Positions 37,321 through 50,158 are shown, counted from the whole stretch's first letter. The stretch: 63,940 bases of DNA, filler included, from Vicugna vicugna (GCA_013265495.1; 76 parts of 73 records of this genome joined end to end with filler, not necessarily neighbours in it); one strand, 5' to 3'. The notes: a model not told the origin generated them from the sequence alone. Translations and numbers: made by a program.

Positions 37321-38487
37321 ATTTTTTCTGGTTTCAGACGTTTGGATTATTGATTTACTCATACACCCTTTTGCTCTATTTAAATTTCTAATTCCTTCTT
37401 CATTAAGTATTAGAAGACATATGTTTCTGGGAAATTGTCTTTTCTAGGTAATTCAAATCGTTGACTAGTGGTAATATCTTATGATGCTTTGCATCTCTAC
37501 AACTTCAGTTGTAAAATCTTCTCTTTCATTTCTTATTTTATTTGAGTCTTTATTTTCTTAGACAATCTAAAGGTTTGTCCAGTTTATGTTTAAAAGAAAC
37601 AGACTTTGGTATTTTTTTTTTATCTTTTCAATTGTTTCTCTTGTTATTTGCCTTATTCTCATTCATTGAATTTTCTTCTATATTCTTTCTGTTTTCTCCT
37701 GGATTCGTGAGGTGTAAATATAGTGTGAATATTTGTATTTAATTTATAATTAAATATTTTTTATTTCTTTATTATTTATTGATTAATTAATTAATTTATT
37801 CATTTATTTATCTTTGAATTACTGCAATTTACAATGTGTGAATCTGTGGGTTTATCACAGTGTTCCCATACATGCATATATTTGTGTGCCTAGTAAATAT
37901 TACTTCAAGATATTTAACTTACTGCCCTGTGTCATAAAAAATAATTTTGAAAAAATATATCTTTATATATATTGGATAACATTTATAAATCTACTGATCC
38001 CAGATTTATCCTCTCGCAGCCCATTTCCGCAGTAATTATAAATTTGTTTAGTAGATCTGCGACTGTGTTTCAGTTTTGTAGATGAAGCCATAGTGTTCTC
38101 AACCAAATTTTTTTTTNNNNNNNNNNNNNNNNNNNNNNNNNNNNNNNNNNNNNNNNNNNNNNNNNNNNNNNNNNNNNNNNNNNNNNNNNNNNNNNNNNNN
38201 NNNNNNNNNNNNNNNNNNNNNNNNNNNNNNNNNNNNNNNNNNNNNNNNNNNNNNNNNNNNNNNNNNNNNNNNNNNNNNNNNNNNNNNNNNNNNNNNNNNN
38301 NNNNNNNNNNNNNNNNNNNNNNNNNNNNNNNNNNNNNNNNNNNNNNNNNNNNNNNNNNNNNTTTTGAATTTCCCTTTGATATATACCCAAAAGTGGGATA
38401 GTTGGGTTGTATGTTGTCTATTTATATTATTTAGAGGAATCCCCATCCTGGTTTCAACAATGAGTGAACCAAACTACATTCCATTCC
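37321..38487 (-). mobile_element. Degraded L1 ORF2 piece (37321-37740) plus an L1 3' end (~37780-38487)
   Basis: T-rich antisense L1; GATATATACCCAAAAGTGGGATAG and AACCAAACTACATTCC; degenerate (ATTT)n tail. Confidence 0.75.
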
Positions 38488-38587
38488 NNNNNNNNNNNNN
38501 NNNNNNNNNNNNNNNNNNNNNNNNNNNNNNNTTAATTAATTAANNNNNNNNNNNNNNNNNNNNNNNNNNNNNNNNNNNNNNNNNNNN

Positions 38588-39583
38588 TTTATCTTTCTCT
38601 ATGGCCTTTGTTGTAAAGTCTATTTTGTGTGAAGTCAGTACTGCTAGTCCTGCTTACTTTTCATGTCCATTTGCATGGAATACATTTTTCAATCCTCTGA
38701 CTTCATTTATGTGTGTTCCTCTTACTAATGGGGTCTCTTGTATCTTCATTATGTAGGGTCTTGTTATGTTATCCCATCTGACAATATTTATCTTTTTAAT
38801 CAGGCACTTTGTCTATTAAAAATTGTGATAATTATTGATAGACTGGTGTTTATATCCATTTTGAACTTCATTTCCCTTTTGATTTTGTATTTCCTTTTTG
38901 TTCATTTCTTTCTCTTTTGTGGCTTGATAATTTTTTTTATTATCCTGGTTTCTTTCTGGATTTGTGAATTCATTGTAAGCTTTTGAATTATGGTTGACCT
39001 GTTTTTTATGTATACTGACCCATTACTATATCTATTTATTTTAACTGATAGGAATACAAATTCTAACCCATCCTAAAGAGAAGAGAATCCAGAAGAAAAG
39101 TCTCTGTATTAACTGTTTCACACTCTGACACTTAAAAATTTTGATGTCCTGTTTTACAACATCATGTTTATGCAATTGTAAGTCATTGTAATTATTGCCT
39201 TTCTAATTATGCCTTTCTCTTTTCTATAACATCCTGCTTCTTTTTGTTTAACAGTAGATCTTTCATTATTTCTTTTTCTGTTGCTAAATTCTTCTATATT
39301 TGTTTTTTTCAGAAGTTATTTATCTCTCCTTCTATTCTAAAGGATATCCTTGCTTGATAAATTATCTTAGATTACAGCTTTCTTTCATTCAGGGCTTTGA
39401 ATATGTCTTGCCACTGCCTTCTGCCTGTTGTAATTGTGTAGGAACATGTTTAAAAATATAATGTATATAATTTTATGTATATGTAAAGAATACTTAGAAA
39501 TGAAGTTAACAATTGAGATGAAAACCTATACATTAATATATAGAAAACATTGATGAAGGAAATTAAAACAGATCCAAAGAAAT
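38588..39583 (-). mobile_element. Degraded L1 (ORF1/ORF2 junction region), with a plus-strand ORF2 piece at ~39480-39583
   Basis: AAAGTCTATTTTGT..CCATTTGCATGGAATA..; terminal AGAATACTTAGAAAT..AAAACATTGATGAAGGAAATTAAA. Confidence 0.8.
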
Positions 39584-39683
39584 NNNNNNNNNNNNNNNNN
39601 NNNNNNNNNNNNNNNNNNNNNNNNNNNTTAATTAATTAANNNNNNNNNNNNNNNNNNNNNNNNNNNNNNNNNNNNNNNNNNNN

Positions 39684-39770
39684 ACAGCAAATAAGTGGCA
39701 AAGGCAAGATTCGAATTTAGCAGCCTGGTTCCAGAGTTTATGTCCTTAACTCACTGCTCCATGCTCCTCA
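39684..39770. mobile_element. MIR fragment
   Basis: AATAAGTGGCAAAGGCAAGATTCGAA..CCTGGTTCCAGAG..CTTAAC. Confidence 0.65.
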
Positions 39771-40439
39771 CCAGTGGCCTGATGTGAAAAGAAGGAGGTC
39801 GGATGACTAGAACGGATATGGGGATGGTCAGCATCTCCCCCTCATCCTTTGGCTTCTCTCTCTGCAGCCCGCAGGACTCCCAGGGCCATATCTGATAACC
39901 TCTGCAGACTGTAAGGTTAGCAAATTAGAAGGATCCTAAGCTTATAGAGGGGACTTAGCTTGCTGGGGTTTCTGCAAGAGGAATGGATCCTGGTTGTTGG
40001 GAGCTCAAGCAGGCCTCGAACATAGGCACCTCTGTTCCCTGGGAGTGAGGACTCCAGACAAATGATCATAATTACGCCCAATAAAAATGAGTGCTCGGAG
40101 ACCAAGGTCCACATTTCAGAACAATAACTGGAAGACGGCATCTTTCAATTAATTGGAATGCCCCCAAACAAATATTAAAACTAGTAAATCTATTTGGAGT
40201 CAGTTCTCTGACCCAGAGTGATTTACCTTAGAACTGAGCCATAAAATTCAGCAAGGACTGACTTCCCACGCTGAATGTCACCTTCCCAGCTGCCTCTTAC
40301 CAATAACCCTAAATCAGTCCCGGAGAATTAAGAGATTCGNNNNNNNNNNNNNNNNNNNNNNNNNNNNNNNNNNNNNNNNNNNNTTAATTAATTAANNNNN
40401 NNNNNNNNNNNNNNNNNNNNNNNNNNNNNNNNNNNNNNN

Positions 40440-41252
40440 GGATTCTATTAAAAGCAAGACGCTGATGTCAGTTGGAGGAACTACACCACACTCAGCATAC
40501 TGGAACACAGCCTTGTGTGGTGGGGAGATTTGAAGCCCCACTCCACGCAGATGAATGGGTGCTCAGGTATTTCAATTTATGGAGAATTCATCTAAACACT
40601 TCCTCAGTCCATCGGGGACACTCGCTACTATTTGGCCTCAAAGCCCAACCCCCAGGTTTNNNNNNNNNNNNNNNNNNGATTACAAGCTAAGGGATTCTAT
40701 TAGAACCCAGCCGCTTCTGTCACCTGAAATTGCCAGCCCACACTCAGGATAGCAGAAACCTTCATCATGTGTGTTCTGGTGGTGGGGATACAGAGTCCAC
40801 GCTCTTTTCAAGGAGCACAGGTATTCCCATGTTGTGGGGTTTTGGTTAATAACCTCCAAATCCCATGGAGAAGCACTCGCTAATACTTGGATTTACAGAC
40901 CAACCCACCCTTTCCCCAGGACTCCGTATCAGGCAACCATACAGGGTAGACAAGTTAAGCGATTTTATAAGAACCAAGGCCCTTCTCTCAGTTGGAGGAG
41001 GCTGCCCACTCTCAGGATAACTGTGCAAGTGTTCGTGTGTGTGCTGGAGGTGTGGAAACAGACTCCACGGATATTTATGGGGGCACAAGTGTTCCCAAGT
41101 TAGGGATGTAGTTTAAACACCTCCACAAACCATAGAGAGGTCATCGCAAATACTTGGTTTCGGAGCCCAAACCACACTTTGCCCAATCTCCCGCCTAGGC
41201 TTTCCATCAGGGAAGACAACAAATGGATTCAATTAGAACCCAGGCGCTGCTG
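40440..41252 (+). repeat. Satellite D, ~3 different monomer types in tandem
   Basis: GATTyyATwAGAACC anchors at 40693, 40961 and 41226 (268 and 265 bp apart). Confidence 0.92.
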
Positions 41253-42334
41253 NNNNNNNNNNNNNNNNNNNNNNNNNNNNNNNNNNNNNNNNNNNNTTAA
41301 TTAATTAANNNNNNNNNNNNNNNNNNNNNNNNNNNNNNNNNNNNNNNNNNNNCATATGTTGGTTTCAATGTAGCGTTTCCAAATTATAGGTTAGAGCATC
41401 AACGTTTTCAGAAAGTCAGCATTTGCTGACGGCAGCACTGGACTTGGCTCAGCTTTGCTCTTGGCTTTGGCATATTATGGGATGACTCAGCAGATGATTC
41501 CGTCCTGAAAAAAAGTTACTTAGGGAAGAATCAATGGACTTCATTGTCCTTTGAGCTCTGATCAGGGCACCTGCAAGCTGTCTCGCTTTGTGACTATCCT
41601 TTGAGAAAACGGGGAAACAAAAAGCAGCAAGAAGTTGATTTAAGCAGAGGAAGAAAGAGTGAATGATTCAGGCATTTTCTCGGACATTCATCACCGCGTG
41701 GCAGCCTGATGGGGAGTCCCGAGCAAGGAGCCACTTACACCGAGAGATTTATTGGGCCAGGAGCTGCTGCATGTGGAGGAGCTAATGAAGATGCTAAGAA
41801 GGAAAAAAAATTGACTTCAGGAGCAGAGCGGGGAGCTCATTCCAGATAAGGAATAAATTCCATTCAATGAAANNNNNNNNNNNNNNNNNNNNNNNNNNNN
41901 NNNNNNNNNNNNNNNNNNNNNNNNNNNNNNNNNNNNNNNNNNNNNNNNNNNNNNNNNNNNNNNNNNNNNNNNNNNNNNNNNNNNNNNNNNNNNNNNNNNN
42001 NNNNNNNNAGGGTCATTTATGTTTCAAAGGGTCCAGCCAGCAGGTTGCTCATGGGGAGCTGCAGGGTCATCTCCGGTGGGAGGTCAGAAACATCGCTGTT
42101 NNNNNNNNNNNNNNNNNNNNNNNNNNNNNNNNNNNNNNNNNNNNTTAATTAATTAANNNNNNNNNNNNNNNNNNNNNNNNNNNNNNNNNNNNNNNNNNNN
42201 CTCCTCCAGCCCTGGCAGACTGCCCTCTGATTCTTAAACAGGCCATGTTCACCGCGCTTCATGTCTGGCCCATAGAAATATCTGTTACTTTCTGAGCATG
42301 GCTCTGCTTTCACAAGATGGGCTGCATTGTCACT

Positions 42335-42955
42335 AGAGAAGACAGTGTGGAGGTTCCTTTAAAAACTGAAAATGGACTTAACTCATGATCCAGCCTTCAC
42401 ACTCCCAGGCATATGTCAGAAGAAAACTCTAATTCAAAAAGTCACATGCACCTCAATGCTCACAGCAGCAGTATTTATAATAGCCAGGACATGGCAACAA
42501 CCCAAATGTCCATCGACAGGTGACTGGATAAAGAAGTAGTAGCATATTTATACAATGGAATACTACTCAGCCATGAAAAAACAAATAATGAAATTTGTAG
42601 CAACATGGATGGACGTAGAGATAGTCATTCTAAGTGAAGTAAGCCAGAAAATGAGAAAAATGCCATATGATATCACTTATATGTGGAATCAAAAAAAGAC
42701 ACAAATGAACTTAACTACAGAAGAGAAACAGACCCACAGACATAGAGAAACAAACTTACGGTTCACAGGGAGAGAAGGAGATGGGAAGGGATAAATATGG
42801 GGATTCAAAAACTGCCCCTCTTGTGGAGTTATGGAAATGTTAGCTATCTTGATCATGGTGATGGTTTTCTGGGTGTAGACATTTATAATACATGAGAATT
42901 ATGTGTATTTTATTGTACAGGAATTATACCACAATAAATGTGCCCTTAAAAAAAC
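42335..42955 (+). mobile_element. 5'-truncated L1 3' end with poly(A)
   Basis: MEYYSAMKK..FVATWMDVEIVILSEVSQ (ORF2 C-terminus), then 3'UTR, AATAAA and an A-run. Confidence 0.92.
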
Positions 42956-44070
42956 AGGAAAATGGTGGCATTTTGTCCTACGTTTTTATGTGTCTTAAGT
43001 GAGTGGGTNNNNNNNNNNNNNNNNNNNNNNNNNNNNNNNNNNNNNNNNNNNNTTAATTAATTAANNNNNNNNNNNNNNNNNNNNNNNNNNNNNNNNNNNN
43101 NNNNNNNNTCTGGGCTATGAGAAAGCCTGGACCCTGCACCTGGCCCTGACTGTATAACCCACATATCATTTTTATCATTGCATTTATGCCAGGGATCCTC
43201 CTGAAGTGGGTCAGATTCAGTGACCAAGGACACATTCAGCTGTCTGTTTATAAAAGGAGGAGGCCACTTGGACTCTTGTTCACTGGGAACCCAAATGTAA
43301 AAAGTCCCCAGTTTCTCCACACCAAACGAGCACAAAAGAGAAATTACCATTTTTTTCAAATACAAAAAAAAAAACCAAAAACCCAGAATCTTGATGTGGC
43401 AAGTATGTCTGCTCACTGAGAGCGCAGGACTCAGCATTTTCTGTTCTTCTCTAGTATAGCTAATTAAAACGAATTCTTTTTACACAGTTAGTCAATACAG
43501 GTGTGATGTCAATATGATGTGGAAGATTCTAGGCACGTGAATAATTTGTGCCAAAACAAAACTAGGGGCACGTTTCTATTTAAAAAGGCATAACTTTTGT
43601 GTTAGCAGGATGGATTTTAGTGGCTTCAAGAATTTGTAGGGTTTTCAAGTCAAAGCTGAGAGTGAGGATAAAAAGAAAGCAGGGCTGTCTCCACCTTTGC
43701 CTTAAACATATTGATTTACTAACGGCAGTAACATTTAAAATTTTATGGACCTGGTCTTACTGGAAATGTGTGTTCTCATGGGCTGATAACTATCTCATGG
43801 GCTGATAACTAGAGCAGTGAGACCCGGCCCCCCAGCACTGAAGGAAGCGGAGTTTACTGACTATGATGCAAAGAAAAGGTACCAGTGGAGATTGAAGTCT
43901 GCTGGTATTATTTCTTTTATGCTTCTGAGAAATTTTAATTTTATCTTTTCTTGAAAAAGTAAATATTTTANNNNNNNNNNNNNNNNNNNNNNNNNNNNNN
44001 NNNNNNNNNNNNNNTTAATTAATTAANNNNNNNNNNNNNNNNNNNNNNNNNNNNNNNNNNNNNNNNNNNN

Positions 44071-45013
44071 ATGTGGGGTTTCGGCTCTAATACCAAGTAT
44101 TAGGCAATGCATCTATAGGGGAAGTTGAGAAATTGTACCTAAAACCAGCAACGTCACCTGAAAGATGCCTGGATTCTGTTTCCCCACTTCCAGCACACAA
44201 ACGAGGAAGTGTTCTTCTATCCTGAATGTGGGGAGTTTCCTCCAAATGACAGCAGCACCTGAGGTCTAATAGAATCCGTTAGCTTGACTTCCTTGAGTGT
44301 TTTCCTAGGCCGGGCTGTGAGCGAATGTGGGGNNNNNNNNNNNNNNNNNNNNNNNNNNNNNNNNNNNNNNNNNNNNNNNNNNNNNNNNNNNNNNNNNNNN
44401 NNNNNNNNNNNNNNNNNNNNNNNNNNNNNNNNNNNNNNNNNNNNNNNNNNNNNNNNNNNNNNNNNNNNNNNNNNNNNNNNNNNNNNNNNNNNNNNNNNNN
44501 NNNNNNNNNNNNNNNNNNNNNNNNNNNNNNNNNNNNNNNNNNNNNNNNNNNNNNNNNNNNNNNNNNNNNNNNNNNNNNNNNNNNNNNNNNNNNNNNNNNN
44601 NNNNNNNNNNNNNNNNNNNNNNNNNNNNNNNNNNNNNNNNNNNNNNNNNNNNNNNNNNNNNNNNNNNNNNNNNNNNNNNNNNNNNNNNNNNNNNNNNNNN
44701 NNNNNNNNNNNNNNNNNNNNNNNNNNNNNNNNNNNNNNNNNNNNNNNNNTCCGACTGACAGCAGCGCCTGGGTACTATTGGAATCCCTTTGCTTGTCTTC
44801 CCTGATGGTATGCCTAGGCGGGAGTGCGGGGGAAAGGGTGGTTTGGGTTCCAAAACCAAGTATTTGCGAGTACCTCTCTACGTTTAGTGGAGGTTTTTAA
44901 ACTACATCCCTAAAGGGGGAACACCTGTGCCCCCATATACATCCGTGGAGTCTGTTTCCAGACGTCCAACACACACACAAACACTTGCACAGTTATCCTG
45001 AGAGTGGGCAGCC
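44071..45013 (-). repeat. Satellite D, gapped
   Basis: 44750-45013 is the reverse complement of the 41000-41252 monomer type. Confidence 0.9.
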
Positions 45014-45664
45014 NNNNNNNNNNNNNNNNNNNNNNNNNNNNNNNNNNNNNNNNNNNNTTAATTAATTAANNNNNNNNNNNNNNNNNNNNNNNNNNNNNNN
45101 NNNNNNNNNNNNNAAAATAAGTTGGCTTTATATAACTACTTTCTAGATAAATGATTAAGTTTTGGGTTTTTTTTATCATTTTCTTCTTAAAAATAGGCTA
45201 TTAATTACACAATATGTATTTTCCTTCAAGTTCATACTTTTTTCCCTAAACTATCTTGACTTGTTTAGATAAGTTAACCCATAGTCTGATTTATTTTAAA
45301 CACTCAGTATGTTCTTCTGTCTGTTGCTTTATTAGAGAGCAAGAATTCCTTATTATTTTTAATAAAATATACTTGCAGGAAACTATACTGGCATTCTTTC
45401 ATTCACAGAGTCAAGCAATGAGCAATGATTCCTGTTTTGTTAGATCAGGTGTCTAAGCCTCTCAACTTCCAAAAGATTAAATGGACAAAGTTAAAAACGC
45501 CATAAATGATTGAATAAGTAAGTTTATTGTGTTCCTTTATTAAAAGTATAAATATGGGTCAGCCNNNNNNNNNNNNNNNNNNNNNNNNNNNNNNNNNNNN
45601 NNNNNNNNTTAATTAATTAANNNNNNNNNNNNNNNNNNNNNNNNNNNNNNNNNNNNNNNNNNNN

Positions 45665-46528
45665 TGCAATCACCCTTAGAATTCCCTGGCACAGAGACAT
45701 TAGGAAAAAACTCAGGGAAAACGAGGTAAGTAATTCCGTTTGTACCCACGCGCTGCCATAAGTTGGTGGAACCTCCCCACGCTCAGGATTCCGGATAGAT
45801 TGTCAGTGCGTGGAGGATCTCGAGAGACAACTCCACGCAGCTCTCTTCAGTCACAGGTGTTCGCTGTTCGGGGAAGTCCGAGAAATACCTTCCCTGACCT
45901 TGGGGAGGCAGCCTCTGACACTNNNNNNNNNNNNNNNNNNNNNNNNNNNNNNNNNNNNNNNNNNNNNNNNNNNNNNNNNNNNNNNNNNNNNNNNNNNNNN
46001 NNNNNNNNNNNNNNNNNNNNNNNNNNNNNNNNNNNNNNNNNNNNNNNNNNNNNNNNNNNNNNNNNNNNNNNNNNNNNNNNNNNNNNNNNNNNNNNNNNNN
46101 NNNNNNNNNNNNNNNNNNNNNNNNNNNNNNNNNNNNNNNNNNNNNNNNNNNNNNNNNNNNNNNNNNNNNNNNGGGATATCCTGAAATCACCCCTAGCATT
46201 CCCTGGCACAGAGACATTAGGAAGACCCTCAGGGGAGACGAGCTTAGGCATTCCGTTAGAACCCACGCGCTGACGACAGTTGGTGGAACTTCCCAAAACT
46301 CAGGATTCCGGAACCATTTTCAGTGCGTGGGGGAACACGAGACACATCTTCACGCAGTTCTCTTCAGTCACAGGAGTTCCCTGTTCGGGGAAGTCCGAGA
46401 AATACCTTCCCTGACCTTGGGGAGGCAGCCTCGGTCACTGGGATATCCTGCAATCACCCCTAGCATTCCCTGGCACAGAGAATGTTCCCTGTTCGGGGAA
46501 GTCCGGGAAAAACTTTCCCTGAGCTTGG
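45665..46528 (+). repeat. Satellite A array containing one truncated monomer
   Basis: Standard motifs, with a short 108-bp unit at 46376-46483. Confidence 0.95.
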
Positions 46529-46628
46529 NNNNNNNNNNNNNNNNNNNNNNNNNNNNNNNNNNNNNNNNNNNNTTAATTAATTAANNNNNNNNNNNNNNNN
46601 NNNNNNNNNNNNNNNNNNNNNNNNNNNN

Positions 46629-47165
46629 TACAGAATACTGAATATAGAATTTAGAATATAGAATATAGAACACTGAATATAGAATATAAATACGGAATGC
46701 CGAATAATGAATATAGTTTATTGAATTAAGAACACAAATTATAGAATATATACAAGAGAATATAGAAACCAGAATTTAGAAATGGAATCAGAACACAAAA
46801 TTAAGCATATAGAATGCAGAATACTGAATATAGAATGTAGAATACCGAATGCAGAACACAGAATTTAGAGGAGAGTATACAGAATATAGAAGCCAGAATT
46901 TAGTACATGGAATGCAGAACTCAGAATTTAGAATATAGAATACAGTATACTGAATACAGTATGCAGAATAAAGAATACAGAACACATAATTTAGAATATG
47001 AAAATCAGAATACAGAAAACAGAATTTAGATCATGGAATGCAGAACAGAGAATTTAGAATATACAATGCAGAATTTACAGAGAATTTAGAATATACAATG
47101 CAGAATTTTGAATATAGAGATTTGAACATATAATGCAGAACACAGAATATAGAATACACAATAAT
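46629..47165 (+). repeat. Satellite E (AGAATAT)n
   Basis: Same units as 25981-26504. Confidence 0.95.
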
Positions 47166-48091
47166 NNNNNNNNNNNNNNNNNNNNNNNNNNNNNNNNNNN
47201 NNNNNNNNNTTAATTAATTAANNNNNNNNNNNNNNNNNNNNNNNNNNNNNNNNNNNNNNNNNNNNTATTGTTTTGTTTTGTTGGGTTTTTTTTCTTGTTT
47301 CCTACTCACGAAGTCACAATTATAGCTTGCCCAACTTATGTGTCAATTCAGTGTATTAACATATGTTTTTTTCCTCAAGTCAGTTTCATCATTTCATTAG
47401 TCTGTGTGATGTCTCACCATGTCAGCCCTGGAGAGAGTTAGCATTTTCAGTTTCTGTCACAAATCAACCTAATTAAGAATGCATCGTGACTTTGAAATAG
47501 AGTGTTGGACCACAGAAATGTGTAAGTAGACAGATTTCCTTTCAACATATAATAAAGTTACATTTTTACATTTATTTTGGGGAAAAAAAAAAAAATCACA
47601 CTTTTGGATGAGGAGTTTGCTAATAATGGAATGTTTCCCCTTGGTGGCTCACTAGTTCTTAACTAACAGGAAACCTCAATCTCTTGGGGTTAATTATCTC
47701 AAAAGCTTAGTGGCTACATTTTTCTTTCCTTGAAATCAATAGCCGTATGTGTAAGTCTAAATTTCCCTTTCAAATAAATCATTCTGAAATTTAACTGAGA
47801 AAAAAAGTTTGTGAAAGTTTAAGTACAATATTAATATTCCAGATTATGGTTTGAAACTCTGTTACAATTGAAATGAAAGGGGACACCATCGAGATTTTAC
47901 CCTCACAAGTAGCTTCTGCCACCATGAATATGATTTTGTATTCTCCGGGGAATGGTGTAGAGGTCACCCTGACACCTAGCCCCCTAGTGGTNNNNNNNNN
48001 NNNNNNNNNNNNNNNNNNNNNNNNNNNNNNNNNNNTTAATTAATTAANNNNNNNNNNNNNNNNNNNNNNNNNNNNNNNNNNNNNNNNNNNN

Positions 48092-48865
48092 AAGTTTCTT
48101 TGTGTAGTACGGCCACGTTAACAATGTGAACTCTTTGAATCCAAGATCACAAGATATCTTTCCATTTCTTTGAATCATTTTAAATACTTTGTCAATGTTT
48201 TATAATTTTTAGTGTGTAGATCTTTCACATAAGTGGTTACATTTATTCCAAGATATTCCAGGGAATAGGATTATAAATAGAATTGCTTTCAATGTCCATT
48301 TTAGGGTATCTCATGATTAATGTGTAGAAATGCAACAGACCTCTTTACATTAATCTTGTACCCTGCTCCCTAGCTGAAATTATTTGTTATTCTTAACAGT
48401 TAGTGTGGAGCCCTTAGGACTCTCTGTGTAGATTGTTATTCCATCATTACTGGTGACAATTTTGCTTCTTTCTTTCCATTTTGTGTTTCTTATACTTCTT
48501 TTTCTTTTCCTTTTCGTTTATTGTATTACTAAGTTACAGAAGTTTTGAGAGTAGGAGTCCTTGTCTTGTTCCCGAATTTACCCAGAAGGCATTAAGCTTT
48601 TCCCCCTGAGTATTATAAATTGTTATTAATGGCCTTTACTATGCTGAGGGATGTTCCCATTATACACACTTTCATGAGATTTCTGTTCATGAATGTATGT
48701 TGATTTTTGACAAATCCATTTTCTGTGCGTATTGACATGGTCCTGTGAATTTTGTCCTTCCTTTATTAGATATGTGTCATGCTGATTGACTTGTGTATGT
48801 TGAACCATCCTTGTAACAAAATCCTTGTAACTCTGGAAGGAATCCAACTGATCATCGTGTATAAT
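48092..48865 (-). mobile_element. Degraded L1 ORF2 RT fragment
   Basis: TAGAAATGCAACAGA..TAATCTTGTACCCTGC, CCTTGTCTTGTTCC and GTATGTTGAACCATCCTTG. Confidence 0.9.
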
Positions 48866-48965
48866 NNNNNNNNNNNNNNNNNNNNNNNNNNNNNNNNNNN
48901 NNNNNNNNNTTAATTAATTAANNNNNNNNNNNNNNNNNNNNNNNNNNNNNNNNNNNNNNNNNNNN

Positions 48966-49457
48966 ATACAAAGCGAAGACAAAAATAACATAATATTTTA
49001 CCTCACACTACAGAGAAGGCCTGTCATCAAAATGTCTTCAAATAATAAAGAATGAGGTGGTTGTGGAGAAAAAGGGACTCTCCAACGCTGTTGGTGGGAA
49101 TGAAAATTGGTGCAACCACTTTGGGAACAGTATGGGAATTCCTTTACATAATAAAAATAGACCTATCATGTGGCACAGCAATCACACTCCTGGGCATATA
49201 AAACATAAAACCTGAAAACAAAGAATACTAGGGTAAAATATAAGAATTACACTGTGACATTGGATTTAATATGATTCTTCATATGTCTCCTCTGGCAAGG
49301 GAAGCAGAAACAAAACTAACAAAATACGATTGTATCACTCTAAACAGATTTACACTACAGAAGAAATGATCAATAAAATGAGAACTCAACAAACACAATG
49401 GGAATCTAGTGTTAATTTCCAATCTAGTGTTAATATCCAAAATTTATGGCAAACCCT
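48966..49457 (+). mobile_element. Degraded, rearranged L1 ORF2 3' fragments
   Basis: GTGGAGAAAAAGGGAC..CTGTTGGTGGGAATG..TGGTGCAACCACT, followed by a more upstream ORF2 segment. Confidence 0.8.
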
Positions 49458-49557
49458 NNNNNNNNNNNNNNNNNNNNNNNNNNNNNNNNNNNNNNNNNNN
49501 NTTAATTAATTAANNNNNNNNNNNNNNNNNNNNNNNNNNNNNNNNNNNNNNNNNNNN

Positions 49558-50058
49558 AAACAATCAGGCAAGACAAGCTAAGGGATCCCACTACAGTGCA
49601 GTCGCTGCTGTAAGTCGCAGGGTCTTCCGTACACTCAGGATTCCAGAAAAAATTATTCTGTGTGGGGGAGTTTTGCAGCCCCAATCCACGCAGTTGAATG
49701 GGGAAACAGGTGTTCCCCATTAGGAAGAAGTCCTCTAAATACTTCCTCAGTCCATCGGGTTGCACTTGCATATACTTGACTTCCTTAAACTAACCCCCAG
49801 CTTTCCCACGCAGCCCGGGTTTGGGAAACACTCAGGGAATACAAGCTAAGGGATTCTATTAGATCCCAGGCACTGCTGTCTGTTGGAGGAGATTCCCCAC
49901 ATTCAGGATACATGAACACGTCTTCTTGTGTGTGCTGCAGTTGGGGAAACTGAGTCCACGCATCTTTATGGCGGCACAGTTTTCCCGGGTTTGGGCTGTA
50001 GTGATAAACCTCAACATCCCATAGAGTGGCCCTCGCTAATACGTGGCTTTAGAGCCCA
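49558..50058 (+). repeat. Satellite D
   Basis: AAGCTAAGGGAT at 49575 and 49843 (268 bp apart). Confidence 0.9.
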
Positions 50059-50158
50059 NNNNNNNNNNNNNNNNNNNNNNNNNNNNNNNNNNNNNNNNNN
50101 NNTTAATTAATTAANNNNNNNNNNNNNNNNNNNNNNNNNNNNNNNNNNNNNNNNNNNN

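Noticed and set aside
37783..37794. TTAATTAATTAA without flanking Ns
   Set aside because: Chance occurrence in a degenerate (ATTT/ATTA)n L1 tail; not a scaffold join.
43774..43811. 19-bp direct duplication (and a 17-bp one at 3780-3814)
   Set aside because: Ordinary slippage-type micro-duplications with no inserted element between the copies.
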